A stretch of 64,000 bases of DNA from Cirrosporium novae-zelandiae (taxonomy: Eukaryota), in assembly GCA_026023565.1 (NCBI GenBank), contig JAPETS010000004.1, positions 248,001-312,000 of the forward strand, in the 5' to 3' direction. Under the pieces are notes generated by a model. That model was given only the letters and a program-made list of their open reading frames with translations. It was not told the DNA's origin and did not search any database. A program made the translations under genes and the position numbers. Positions 11,945 to 24,118 of the stretch are shown here, piece by piece. Every line of letters starts with the position of its first letter. Position 1 is the first letter of the stretch.

Positions 11945-12484
11945 ATGGTTGTTCGTTTTTCTCCTCCCTCAAATCTTCTATTACTCTAATTATATCGCAA
12001 CTAACCCTTCTTCCAACAGCTCGGACGTCTTGCGCATCTTGGTTTCGATGCAGTACTCTGTAAGTATCCTTGAAACCCTATGAACCATACTTCTCGTCAG
12101 TCCACTAACACCTCTCCTCTTCAGTCTCTGCTTTTCTGGCAGGCGTCAAACGTTCGACCGGTCTAACGTAAGGGCCCTCAAATCTCCTGACACTACCATC
12201 ATACACCCCTCCGCTTTACCCGCTTTATCCACCTCTTATCCAGAGCCATGCTCCATCTCAACCGCCACACAATCCAAACCCTTCAACCTCTCCATCTATA
12301 GAACATGACTAACATACCCCCTCTCCTCCCCTGGGACCATAGCCCCAGCGTCGACTCAGATAAAATAACTCAAAACAAAGATGTCAAAAGCGCCATCGAT
12401 AGATACCTAGGTGTGGGTGAATGGGTCATGGACCAGAGCATTGCTGTTTTTGGATCCAGCTCCTGGTTCGAGCGGAAGCGTTAA
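11945..12484 (+). CDS. Small fungal DUF1748-family protein (~76 aa, 4 exons), absent from the ORF track
   Basis: MV/LGRLAHLGFDAVL/FSAFLAGVKRSTGLT/PSVDSDKITQNKDVKSAIDRYLGVGEWVMDQSIAVFGSSSWFERKR*. Each intron has a GT donor, CTAAC branch point and YAG acceptor. Confidence 0.88.
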
Positions 12485-13177
12485 GACCCTCAGTCACGAT
12501 TGCCGATACAGATCTTCACAATGAAAGACTCCGCACTCGGAAGTTGAAGCTCAGTCCCTCGGTTGATTAACTTATAAATAGGGCGTGAAATGGTGGTCAC
12601 TTGCTTAGAAAACAGTCATATTGCATGCATCGATATGTGTCCTTTTCTGATTCTGGAAGTTTGTTGTTGGGTATGACTGGAAGACATGATTTATCGTTAA
12701 ACGTGAACGAAGACTGGGACAACGGGATGGCGCTGGATTCAATCTGATGCTTGTTAAGATTATAACGGTTCGATTTCTTTATACTTAGTTCAGCTTTGAC
12801 AGTGATGGCTTTGCGGAACACAACCAAATATATATTATGTTTCCTTCAAATCGTGTTCTATCTTGCTTTAACGTTATTGATATTATGACTTTGATTCATT
12901 CTTATTTAGCCCAATATCAGTTGAGCCTGGCTACTTCATTGAGTTTGCACAAGTGTACCCCATATCTGCAAGTGCTGGTTTCTCGATTGCAGTAAAATTC
13001 AAAATCTACTACACTGATTACTGAAAACACTTCCACTTATGCATCGATGAACCGAAATCCAATCCTAAGTAGTATGAAGCATATTATCCAACACCCTAAA
13101 TGCTGTGCGAGAAGCCCAGAAACCCTGGTACCAAACACAAAACCACCAGTCATGATCATATATCATCCCATGAATAT

Positions 13178-15511
13178 TCAATGCATGGCCGCTGAAGGAC
13201 TGGACGAAAGAGGCCCCGGAAGATAGGCATCTTCATCCTCTTCGTCCAGGATGCCAAAACTAATCCCGCTGTCATAACTTTTTCTATTCTTTCCCCTCCC
13301 TACTTCCACATCCACGAACCTTACTACACTCTGGGGGGTTAACGGGCCCCTCTGCGTCTGCTCCTCGGAATCGATCTCGCCGTTCACACATCGAATCTTT
13401 GTCTGCCTCAGATACGCGTTCTTCATCTCCGAGAGTTTGGTCAACGATTGCATCATCTCGGTTTGCATTGCTTCTACAGTTTTAGCTCCTTGAGAAATTT
13501 CCTCCTTGACACGGGACTCAAGGCTCTTCTTGGCCTTTTCTAAAGATTTGACTGAAGATTTGGCCTCCTCGAGAGCAGTGGTTAGATTACCCAGTTGTAC
13601 ATTGAGGGTACCCATTTGTCTTTCTTTGAACTGGAGCACCTTGGTATGCTGGATGTTGGTTTGGGAAAGCTCCTTTTGCAAGGCCTCCATGGCTTTTTCC
13701 TTCTCGGCAATACGTGCCTGCAATTCGGTCTTGAAAATCTCGGCGCTTCTCTGAGCAGCTGAAAGCTCATCTTCAAGATTTTTAATGGCCACCTGTTGCC
13801 TTTGAGCGAGGTCCTCGGCAGCTTTTCTGCCTTCAGCCTCAGTACCGACTTGAGATTCAAGGTCCGCCTTTATTGCCATGCTCTTCTCCTTGAATTCCTC
13901 CTCCATTTTCATAACTAACCTCTCCAGCCCAGAAACTTCGTCACGGTAACCCTTCAAAGCTTGTTGTAACCGGTCGGCATTCCGTTCTCTCTCGTCATTC
14001 TCCTTCTTAAGCTCTGCGATCATTTCGTGTGCTTCTTCTAACCTTGTTGTTCGCACATTCAGCCGATCCTGCAGCTCATTGAACTTCACCGCGCTTCCTT
14101 CTAGCTTGACTAGGGCAGCGTTGAACTGTCCCTTCAGAGCAGTTTCTTGAGCCTTGAGCTGTTCGATATCAGACTTCCCGACTTGGATCTGGTGATATAG
14201 TTTCCAGAGATGCTCAACTAGAGTCTGGAGAAGTGTGTAGTTATCGAAACCATTTGGCGTTTCTCCGGGCCGAATACGTTCAAGCTCCAATCTGGCGGAC
14301 CGGAATTGCTGACTTAGTATCCGAAGCACATCTTCTGCAGCATGCCCAGAAAATCCAAGAGTACTTATTTCTTTCTTCAGCATTTCGACGGCAGCTTCAG
14401 CGTCCTCGGCCCGTCCACGTGCAGCCAAGAGAATTTTCTGGATCTCTTCCATCAATGAATCTAGCGAATCGACCTCCAAACTCCCTTCTAGACCAGATGA
14501 AAAGGTATTCCGCCACTTCGATAAGATATTTGCATTCTCCCGTCGGGACATTTCTATCTCATGCTCGAGACGGAATATTTCGGATTCATGATGTGGCGAC
14601 GAGAACGAGGCTTGGACTTGGGCATCTTCGTGTGAGGCTGCTCGTTGACAAGGACTACTCTGCTTGCAAGGGCTGCTTTCTTCAAAAGGTTCATATGTGT
14701 CTTCCGTGTCTGCGATGTTGAAATCTTCTTGCATTTGGTCTGGGTCAATGCTAGCATGCGAATGACGACCGTCCCCTTCAGGGCTGACATAGCTAGTCGC
14801 TCTAAGTTGTTCCCGCAATGAGTCCACCTCTCTCCTCAGCTCCAACATTTTCCTATGCTCTTCAGATTCTGTGTTCTCGTCAAGTTCAATCCTCATCTGC
14901 CGACCCACTTCCACCTCCATCTCCAATTCTTCCAACTTCTTATCCTTCTCCTGGATTTTTTGCCTCAACCCACTCACTTCCCTCTTTTTCTCGTACTTCT
15001 CATGTTCCATAGCATTAATCTCATCACTAAGTCCATTCCTCCTCAATCTTCTCTTCACCCGCTCATCTAATACCTGCCGAATAGGCGTGAATTGAATTTC
15101 GCCCGTGGCTGCTGTGGGCATACCCGGCAAGTGAAAAACAGGAGGAAGAGAGGCCCTTCTCCTTGGCGTCCGCGGCGTCCTGGGTATTTTCGGAGCCCCG
15201 CCCCGACACGGAGACACGCTCGACATGCTTCTCATTTTTCTTCCCGGAGCATTTAGCGAAGTCCTCCGTATAGCGGGAGTAAGACCGGTGGATAAACTCG
15301 GCCCCGGGTCCGAAAAGCGAACGCGTTTGTTCGTGCGTTTCGAGGGCGTGGTTATGTCATGGTTACTAGGCTTACTTCGCTGCTGGTGAGCCTGCGGGTA
15401 TTTAGAGCTGGAATATGGACTCGAGAGGGCACTGCTTCGGCGTTTACGACGTAGGGCAATGGGGCGGAGGTCGTTCATGATAGATTCTGTGTCCGTCATG
15501 GGTTCGTCCAT
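13178..15511 (-). CDS. Uncharacterised coiled-coil protein with a basic, S/TP-rich N-terminus
   Basis: 777-aa single ORF; E/K/L heptad-rich central and C-terminal region. Confidence 0.8.
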   Translation of the reverse strand: MDEPMTDTESIMNDLRPIALRRKRRSSALSSPYSSSKYPQAHQQRSKPSNHDITTPSKRTNKRVRFSDPGPSLSTGLTPAIRRTSLNAPGRKMRSMSSVSPCRGGAPKIPRTPRTPRRRASLPPVFHLPGMPTAATGEIQFTPIRQVLDERVKRRLRRNGLSDEINAMEHEKYEKKREVSGLRQKIQEKDKKLEELEMEVEVGRQMRIELDENTESEEHRKMLELRREVDSLREQLRATSYVSPEGDGRHSHASIDPDQMQEDFNIADTEDTYEPFEESSPCKQSSPCQRAASHEDAQVQASFSSPHHESEIFRLEHEIEMSRRENANILSKWRNTFSSGLEGSLEVDSLDSLMEEIQKILLAARGRAEDAEAAVEMLKKEISTLGFSGHAAEDVLRILSQQFRSARLELERIRPGETPNGFDNYTLLQTLVEHLWKLYHQIQVGKSDIEQLKAQETALKGQFNAALVKLEGSAVKFNELQDRLNVRTTRLEEAHEMIAELKKENDERERNADRLQQALKGYRDEVSGLERLVMKMEEEFKEKSMAIKADLESQVGTEAEGRKAAEDLAQRQQVAIKNLEDELSAAQRSAEIFKTELQARIAEKEKAMEALQKELSQTNIQHTKVLQFKERQMGTLNVQLGNLTTALEEAKSSVKSLEKAKKSLESRVKEEISQGAKTVEAMQTEMMQSLTKLSEMKNAYLRQTKIRCVNGEIDSEEQTQRGPLTPQSVVRFVDVEVGRGKNRKSYDSGISFGILDEEDEDAYLPGPLSSSPSAAMH

Positions 15512-16107
15512 CTTGAGGATATTGGCTGTTTTGATTTATCGTTTTTCTCTTTGCTCTGCTAACTATACACAAATATGCAAAGAAGAATAAAAAGAATAAG
15601 AGGTCCTGTAAAAATTATAGTAATAAAACAAAGCCAGGCTTCCTTCCCTTCAAATGTTGAGTTGGTTGGGTTAGTTAGGTTGGAAAAATATTCTAGGACA
15701 TGTCACACCCCCCCCCGAAACTCGGAGAAAAGTAAACAAATGTCCAATTATGTCATAGTTGCACGCCACAACAAGGCACCAATCACACACTACAACGTAG
15801 TTGACCACCTACTACTTTATCAATTCTCATTTAATAGTCGACAAGGGCAAAGAATTGCCAACGAATTTATTTGGGCCATAATGCATTGTACACTAGTAAG
15901 CCTTCTCTAAATCAAGGAGAGATTCTTTGGCCCAAAGGACCGTGGATGCTTCTAGCTTTCTAAACTTTCTCCATTTCAGGGAATGAACGTGTGCTTTTAT
16001 AGAATACCCTTGTTGTAGCAATAACAGCAGTAACGATAACGACCTCTAAGAATGTGTCACTAAACCTGTGAGCCTTCACCCCATCTATAATACACACCCC
16101 AAACAAG

Positions 16108-17223
16108 TCACCCAATCCTCTCAGCCTCATCCAACAACTCCTCAATCTTGAACCCCCCCTCCCCAACCTTCCCTTCCGAAAATCGTTCTAATAACTCCCT
16201 CCTCCTCTTTCCCGCTTCCTTTTCTGCTCTTCCGCTATAATTATAAAACCGCTGCAGGCACATAACCAGCCATCTTGCTTCATCTGCATTGATGCCCCGA
16301 TTCTCCATAACCTGACCCTCCATCAGCACGACGCCATGAGACGGGGCAAGGTCGATGTGGTGCGTGATTGTAGTGTGTGGCTGTGCGAACTCCCCGCGCA
16401 GCTGGAACTCGGCCAGGTGCGTGAAGAGGACGGTGCTAGTCGTCGGGGTGGGGAACGTCCATTGTAAATAATGGATCTCTGCGCCGACATTCTGTTGTTC
16501 CCGTTTATCCCCTTCTTCTTCTTTTACGGCGAAGTCGGAGGCCGATGAAGGTTTGGCGTGAGGAAGCGGGAGGACGAAACGGGGATGTTGGCGGGCGGTG
16601 CAAGCTATGGAGTAGTAGGTATCAGCGGGGATGGTGGCAACTAGGGAGTTTGGGTTGGAGGCGAAACGGAGGCGCCAGATTTGTTCGATTTCTTTTGCAC
16701 CAAGAGCGTGGATTTTGGGGATGTCAAGGTAAGAAGAAAGTGTTTTTATTGCTGGGGAATGGGATTTGGTAGTGGATTGTTGTTGGGGGGTAGGCGGCGG
16801 CGGCGGGGAAGGAGAAGGAAATGTAGAGGTTGACGTTATTTGGAGTGGATCTAGATTGGGTCCTGGGGAGCGAAGGGAGCGAAGGGATTCATGGCGGAGG
16901 GAGGATATTTTGTCCTTGTATGCATCTTTGAGGGATTCAATGTCATGGTGACCTTCTCTACTCATCCATTGTAATTATATTAGCTCTAAAATCAAAAAAA
17001 AATATATAATACAGATAATCTTTCTGTTGCCTGCAAAGGAGGGGAATGCCCACTCCTTGGCCTTCCGACTAAGCTTGTCTCGGTATTTTTCAAGCACTCT
17101 GTCGGGCTGTGGATGAGTTGCAAGGAACCGGACGTCATGTACCCGAGCCCATCGCCGCTGAGTTGTGCGATGTAAAGGGGTGGTGAGGCTGTGGAGTGAA
17201 AATGTGGAGCGGAGAGCTGCCAT
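16108..17223 (-). CDS. ATP11: Mitochondrial F1-ATPase assembly chaperone
   Basis: Presequence MAALRSTFSL...RRWARVHDVRFLAT; LEKYRDKL, IKTLSSYLD, PRFVLPLP, HYLQW, LFTHLAEF, LQRFY; one intron ~17052-16958. Confidence 0.9.
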
Positions 17224-17783
17224 TCGGCAATATTTGCGAAGTCGACGAGAACAAGGTAAGGCTTTGAAGGAGGTAGCTACTTCTATCTTGCGGAGGAGAC
17301 GGATATAATACTCCATATTTGGATCATTGTTTCTCCGTCTTATCTTGAAACCATGGTCCTTAAGCCCATACAACATTGTTTTTGGTCATTACTACATAGA
17401 ATCTATTTGAACATGGACATTAGGTAGGAAATCTCCTGTATTAATTTTCTAAGGAAAATTCTCCGAAATTAAAGAGGAAGCAAGCTCTCTCGTTACATAG
17501 AAATTCCCCCGACTCGCTTTATATAATAAGAAAATATTTAATTAAGGTTATCCCCGGGTCTCCGATACGGGAGCCCCGAGCTTATCACCGAGGTGGCAGC
17601 CTAGCTTGAATAGGTAAGTAGGGCTATCGCCCTACTCTACCACACTATAGGGTGGTTTGGTCAAACCCCTAGCTGCATTTGCCAGAGGTTTATTATGACA
17701 AACAAAACAAATTCAAAATGAGTGATAATAAATAGCTAACCCAAGAAATAACCTCATCCTTCCATATCTTGTTAATCTTTCCA

Positions 17784-20700
17784 TCACAGAGACGACTCGA
17801 AATACTTCTCAAACTTCCTTCTCTTCCAACCTCCTTTAATAGCACACTCCCCAACAACCCAGTGGCAACTCATCAACAGGGTCGGAAATTTCACTGTCCA
17901 AAAATGCAAATAACCTTCAGGAAGAGGTCCCACGTGCGCCCGCAAGCTTTCTGGCATGTCCTCATAATGATTCTTCTTATTTCTCAGAGCACGCAAAAGG
18001 TCTTTAACGAGCGAAGGCGTATACTTCCGCTGTCTGCCCAAATTATCTTTGAAATTTTGTGGCAGGGGACGGAGAAAATCCATCTGGTATTTGCCCAGGA
18101 TCGTTGGAGCAATGGATTCAAGAGTGAGCAGGGTACAGGGTGGAGGGAATCCATCTTCTTGTTTCTCCGATTCAAATCCGTCAGAGACATCACACAGGAA
18201 TGTTAATCGCGTATCTGCAGACCAGAAGAATGGATGCATCAAAACGCTGTTGGCATCGGGTCTGGCATGTGATTAGTAAAATATAATAATATGATGATAT
18301 AGAAAATTTACCTGCTCTTCGGGTTTACATCGACCATTGTTTCGATCAGATCCTTGGCCTCATATGTATCATCACCAAGGACTTCGAGGTCGGATAGATC
18401 TTTATGGTTTTGGATGATATTAGCCTCCCTCATGATACTACCAAAGTTATTCCTGTCATCAAAGGGATGGCCTCCATTTGTGAGAACATAATAGAACAGA
18501 CAACCTAGCGAGAAAATGTCGATAGCTCGGGTGCCTTTTCTTTGAGTAAGAGGGTCAGTGATTATTGTGTCAGACATCAGGGTACTATCCGAGTGTTTTG
18601 GGGTGCTGAAATGAGTAGTATCCTTCTTGCCTAGTATCTCCGGTGCTCGCCATCCCGAGGTGCCAGCCGCATGAGCGGTAGTAGCCCGGAAGGAACTTTG
18701 ATCGTCATCAAGCTTCTTGCAAAGGCCAAAGTCTGATATTAGAGCATTGATGCCATTTGAACTGGTACGTTGGACAAGAATATTATTGGGCTTGAGATCT
18801 CGATGAACAATTTTTAGTGAATGCAGATGCCGTACACCCGCAGTAATTTGCTTCAGCACGTCCACTTTGTGTAGAGAGTACCATTGCAATAAACTCTGGT
18901 CAAAGGGTTTCCTTCCATCCATAAGGTCCTGGAGTGTCCCAGGGCACAGCTCCAAGGCAATGTAAGCGAATTCTCCCTCTTGTACCTTAGAAAAGTATCG
19001 AACGACATTCATATGGCTGTCTGATTTGGTCAATAATTCAACCTCTCGTAGAATAATGTCATAATGATGTAGTTGGACACGCTTGACAGCGACTTGTCGG
19101 TTATCCGGTAGAGATCCTTCGAAAACAGTTGTCCCATTACTACCAAATCCAAGGACCTTGTCTGAGAATATTCTCAAATTACCTACTTCCTGGATAGAGC
19201 TGACATCCTTGAGGCCCGAAGATGGGCTCTTTATCTCTTCTATGAGCTGATCGACTTTCTTAGTATTTGCTTCCCCTTTTATATCTTCTATGAGCTGATC
19301 AACTTGGTTAGCATTTGCTTTCCCCTTTTTATGCTTCTTCCCTCCGCGACGACCTCTTTTTCTTTTATTCTTTTCAGGGCCCTTATCGGCTACTGAGTCT
19401 CCATCTTCAACTTCCTCATCCTCCTTTCCTTCGCCGGTTCCTTCGTCTACTGCTTTATCGTCGGTCTTCCTTTCTATGGGTTGAGTGTTAGGATGACGCA
19501 ATGCCTGGTCGATTTCATCATCCAAAGTTTGTGTTTGTTGAACAGTGGTAACAGTCTCCAACTGTGGTGCGGCATCCTCGTTTATGACATCCATATTCAA
19601 ACCTGCGGTATTACGGGATAGCATGGAAGTGGCCGATGGGGTTGGTCCGTTTCTGTTACTGAAAAATCTGCTGAAATCTTTTCGAGAAAAAGCTATTATG
19701 GTAATGATTATGAGGAACAGAAGATAGACTTTCCCAGGAATAAAAGACATAGTACTTGGATGAGAAGGGAGTGTAGGTAATGAGGTTTCAGGAACATCTT
19801 CAATCAGAGGGGCATTCTGGTTCATGACTGCAGATGGAGCAGAAATGGCAAGCCGGGGTGGTGCTGCTTGAAAATTGTTGATTGCATGCACACCAACCAA
19901 GGCGGCTTTTTGATATGCCGAATCAGCCTCATATAGAAACATCTGCTCATTCTTCTTTGGGTCAGGCCATTGATTATCATAGTACCTGGCAGTAGGTGCA
20001 CCTCCCGTTACCAGTGGATAGGCACTCTCTGACATGGCGTACCATCCACCGGATTCAGTACAATTGACGAAGACCTGGGAGTCGCGATCTATAGAGGTGT
20101 ATGACTGACCATCAAAATCCGAGGGTCCAACGGGTTGTGGGAGAAGCACTAGAGAAGTATCCTCGCCATTAGCGTTAACAGGGCGTACAATGTCAAAAAC
20201 ACGGGCAACAGGCGAAGAAAATTTTTGGGTGTATAACTGGCGACGATCACCACCCCGAGCATGGTCGAATCCAAAAACACTTCCATCATATCTGCTATAG
20301 ACATATTTTTGGTCCATGGTTTCCTTAGTTTCCTCATACTGGGTCTTCAGATCTGTGTCTCGAATGTTTGGTCCCCATTCTGAATAACAAAGGGTACAGA
20401 GCTGCCGTCCGTCCGTCTTTCGTTGGATGCCAATGGTATATTCTGTTCGACCGAGAGTAATAGTACCCGTAGAACCACATTCTTCGTCTTCGAGGAATTC
20501 CAAGGCGCTGATACGACGGCAGCTTGGCGCCTCTCCAATTGAGGAGCCTTTTGAGCTAAAGTCTCGAAGTATTGTGCCTGTCGCAGCATCCACAGTATAG
20601 AGAGTACTCTTCTTGTCTGCAGTATAAACTACAGCATGTTCATCATCTGCGTATGGCGACATTTCTTGTGCCAGCTCCTTTACAGTCAGACCCGTCTTTT

Positions 20701-21325
20701 GGACTCCACCATTCGAACCTCGATTGAGAATGTAGAGCTTTCCATCCTTAGATGGTTCGATAAGCCAGAGGAAGTCATCCTCGGCACTGTAGTCTTCTGG
20801 AGTGGATTGGGATTTATTATGTCGAGGATAGATAGTCTCAACCATGGGCTTGTCTGCTTCTAATGCCCATCGTGCGGCACCGGTCTTCCTATCCCGTGCA
20901 TATATCTTTCCATCAACCGTCGCCAGAAGGATGAAATCCTCAACTTCCCAATCCTGCAAAGTCCGCGCATTCTGCAGCGGAGACAATCCCGCGGTCGGCT
21001 TGCCGTTGAACTTTGAAGGCGGTGCTCGGACGGCAGTACCTGCCGGAGCCAAAGTTGCGATGTCCTTCAGATTGTTGAAGGTTAATGCTGTGTCTTTTCC
21101 ATGTTTGTATTTCGCTTGGGGGTCGATCTCGACATCATTATCCGAGACCTGGGGGGTCCAAGGAAGATGTTCTCTCGACGAATCTCGAGAAGGGTCTTCT
21201 AGAATAGATCTCCAATGTCTTCCCAGCCTTTGCTGCTGCTGAGCGGCTGAGATAAAAGGTAAGGTTATAAGGAGAGTGACGATGGTGGGGAGAAGAGCTG
21301 TCGAGGCGCCGGGAGGCCGACGCAT
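17784..21325 (-). CDS. IRE1: ER-stress sensor kinase/endoribonuclease
   Basis: Signal peptide, luminal DWEVEDFILLATVDG, TM helix, kinase (GFGSNGT, VAVKR, HRDLKP, DFG, GTSGWRAPE) and KEN RNase (LLRALRNKKNHY); intron ~18311-18262. Confidence 0.97.
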
Positions 21326-22405
21326 ATTGGAGAAACTCCAATGTTGTTATTTGGGAAGTGAAATAGATATAGAATTGGTCATGAGTATATCTAAATGAAG
21401 TGAATGGGAAGAGGATAAAATGAGGGTGGGAAAGGATGAGGGTAGTAATATGAGCAATAGTTGGATAAGTAGGGATTTGGAAAGGAACGGAGTTGGTTGT
21501 GTGCTGTGGGCGTTTGGGAGACGAGACGATGGAGCATGGGGGGGGAGGGGGAGAGAGTTTCACAGGGAAGGGGTTCCAAGCCTAAAGTAGATTAAGAAGC
21601 GAATGCGGGAGAATCACGACGACTCGATCAGTCAACCAACCAAACAAAATCGGTCTATGGATAGAAAAGAAAAAAAAAAGTCGACCATCTAATTACTGAG
21701 CATCTCGCTAACGTATCCCTCATACCATCGGATAATTATGTTATTACTTAGTGGACTAATTAGTTACCTGAAGAATCGAAGAATCGAAGAATCCCCATTA
21801 ATTACATATTACAGATCAGTCCGGTTAATTATAACAAATGGCGTAATACCAATAACGTAATTAAGTATCCCTCCTTACTTGACTGTATCGTGGCTATGCT
21901 GTGTACTACATGATACATCGTAATTATTAAATATTTATCAAGTATTATTGGTATCTGAATACGATACCACGGTACAGAAGTGCCAGCCGGCCGTCAGCGA
22001 GCAAATACGCGTCAGCCTGGTTTCAATACTAACATAGAAAGCCACAGCTTCTTCAATGATGCATCGAACTCGACTAGGTACTTCGCATCACAATATATTT
22101 TTGTGGATCGTAAAGGCGTGGCTTCCTGCGTAGCCATCACTTGTGCAAAGTGAACTGTAAACTTTTATCATGAGCTGTCTTGTGCCTGTTGTGGGGTTCG
22201 TCTATTCTGGAATTTGATATGGCACAATCATTAACTTATACAGAAAGTAAAAATAAAAATAAAATAAAAATTATATATCATATCGTATCCGATCTCCAGG
22301 CATCCATAAATCCTGGCCTTAGCCTTTGATCTTTCACACCGGAACTCCCCTTCCCCATGCCGCAAAAAGGAATTAAAAAAATCCAAGAGATAATATGATA
22401 GCTTT

Positions 22406-24118
22406 TTACACCATTGGAGAAAAAGGCTCAACGATTTCTGCCCGGCTCACATTCCCACTGGTATAAAACGTGCTAACCCTCGAAGAAGGCGCCATGGTGG
22501 TAAGTCCTGTTCCGCCCTCCTTGCGCTTGTAGTCCAACATCTCTTCATATGGCGTCGTGGACGGTTTGGGCCTCCTATCAGCCATGTAGGTCTTGATTAC
22601 GAAAAGTATAGCTAGACAGAGTCCCAATCCCGAAAAACCAACTCCCATATACCATGCACCGCGGTACCCTTTCAATAAGTTGTGTTTACCGACACCGCCT
22701 TCGTTGACGTGTACTTCGACCGTCCCTGCGAACCCCAGACCGATAGAGATGCTGTAGTTGACTACCGTAGCTACTAAGCTTGCCGCAACGCCCTGGTTTT
22801 TCTTTCCAACAGCGTCCGACAGAATGACGGTACTAGCAGGGAAACTCATATCCATACCGAATGGCCCTACAAGCAGGGAAACAAACGTCTGTCCCCAGTA
22901 GATCTGTTCTGCTGGCGCAGTTCCAATAAGGAGGGTGGCTGTGAGGAATGCAGCTAGCGCAATGGCCATAATCCATGCTGGTCGTATCTTGGACATCAAG
23001 AGACCCGTCATAATCGAGGCACAGAGTCCAGCCGGCGAAGCGGGAACTAGCTGAAGAGCAGAACTTAGAGCATTGTAGCCACGGATTTGCTGGATGAACT
23101 GAACAAGATAGAAGACCCAAATTCCGAAAGTTGCCCATCCACACGCCACACATGCCAGAACATATCCAACAGTTGGAGTAAATACTTCAGGGGGTAGAAG
23201 TGGAGCATGGGCAAGCCGAAGTTCAAAATACATGAACAATCCGAGGAACAAGAAGCCAACGATAAGAAGAACATAGACATAAGGCGTTCCCCAACCTACT
23301 ACAGGTCCTTGATTCCAGGCAATATTGATTAGAACCAGGGAAATCACTCCAGTCAGACAGCCCAAGATATCCATATCGCGTACTTTCTCGGCCCAGCTTT
23401 CGTGTTGAGATGCGTTGTTCGGTGGTGGTGGTATGATGATAGCTCCCAAAGCTGCAAAAACAATGCAGACAATAGCGCAAGACCAGAATGTCCATGGCCA
23501 CCAGGTAAGATCAGAGAACAGGGCGGAAAAAACCATACCAAGGATTGCCCCAGTTGGAGCCACGGCACCGAATAATGCGAATACCATGTGTTTTCGCTCA
23601 CCCGGGGGATAACTAGAACCTAAGATTGCAAGGCCATTGGGCATGAGCATAGCAGGTCCAATTCCCTGCACAGCGCGAGCGACAATGAAGAGATATTGGT
23701 TTGAATATGCAGCTAGGCCAACCACCGCTGACCAAACTCCAAACCAGATGAACCCCAATACAAACATCTTCTTATAGCCGAACAAATCACCAAATCTTCC
23801 CATAACTAGAATGAATGTTCCAACAGTCAAACTATATGAGGCAATGTACCAACTCAGAATTCCCGGGTTGGTTGTTCCCAAATCATCGCCAATGATATGA
23901 AGAGGAGCCAGGGACTGCGTGAATGCAGCTTGGGTCATGAGCTGTGCCATACAGATGATGAAGACGAAAGCAATCTCACGACCCCTGGAAAAGGACATGG
24001 CGACAAATATATGTCCAGAATCGACTCTGGCGAGATCGGGCTCTGTATGCGTTGAATGGCGTAACGAATCATCATGATCATGAATTGAATCATGTGTAGG
24101 TACTCGTTTATGTCCCAT
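22406..24118 (-). CDS. MFS drug:H+ antiporter, DHA2/ATR1-like
   Basis: Intronless 570 aa with many TM helices; SWYIASYSLTVGTFIL, GRFGDLFGYK, ARAVQGIGPA, GMDMSFPA, QGVAASLV. Confidence 0.9.
   Translation of the reverse strand: MGHKRVPTHDSIHDHDDSLRHSTHTEPDLARVDSGHIFVAMSFSRGREIAFVFIICMAQLMTQAAFTQSLAPLHIIGDDLGTTNPGILSWYIASYSLTVGTFILVMGRFGDLFGYKKMFVLGFIWFGVWSAVVGLAAYSNQYLFIVARAVQGIGPAMLMPNGLAILGSSYPPGERKHMVFALFGAVAPTGAILGMVFSALFSDLTWWPWTFWSCAIVCIVFAALGAIIIPPPPNNASQHESWAEKVRDMDILGCLTGVISLVLINIAWNQGPVVGWGTPYVYVLLIVGFLFLGLFMYFELRLAHAPLLPPEVFTPTVGYVLACVACGWATFGIWVFYLVQFIQQIRGYNALSSALQLVPASPAGLCASIMTGLLMSKIRPAWIMAIALAAFLTATLLIGTAPAEQIYWGQTFVSLLVGPFGMDMSFPASTVILSDAVGKKNQGVAASLVATVVNYSISIGLGFAGTVEVHVNEGGVGKHNLLKGYRGAWYMGVGFSGLGLCLAILFVIKTYMADRRPKPSTTPYEEMLDYKRKEGGTGLTTMAPSSRVSTFYTSGNVSRAEIVEPFSPMV

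Noticed and set aside
13041..13051. GCATCGATGAA match to 5.8S rRNA
   Set aside because: Only 11 nt; the similarity does not extend.
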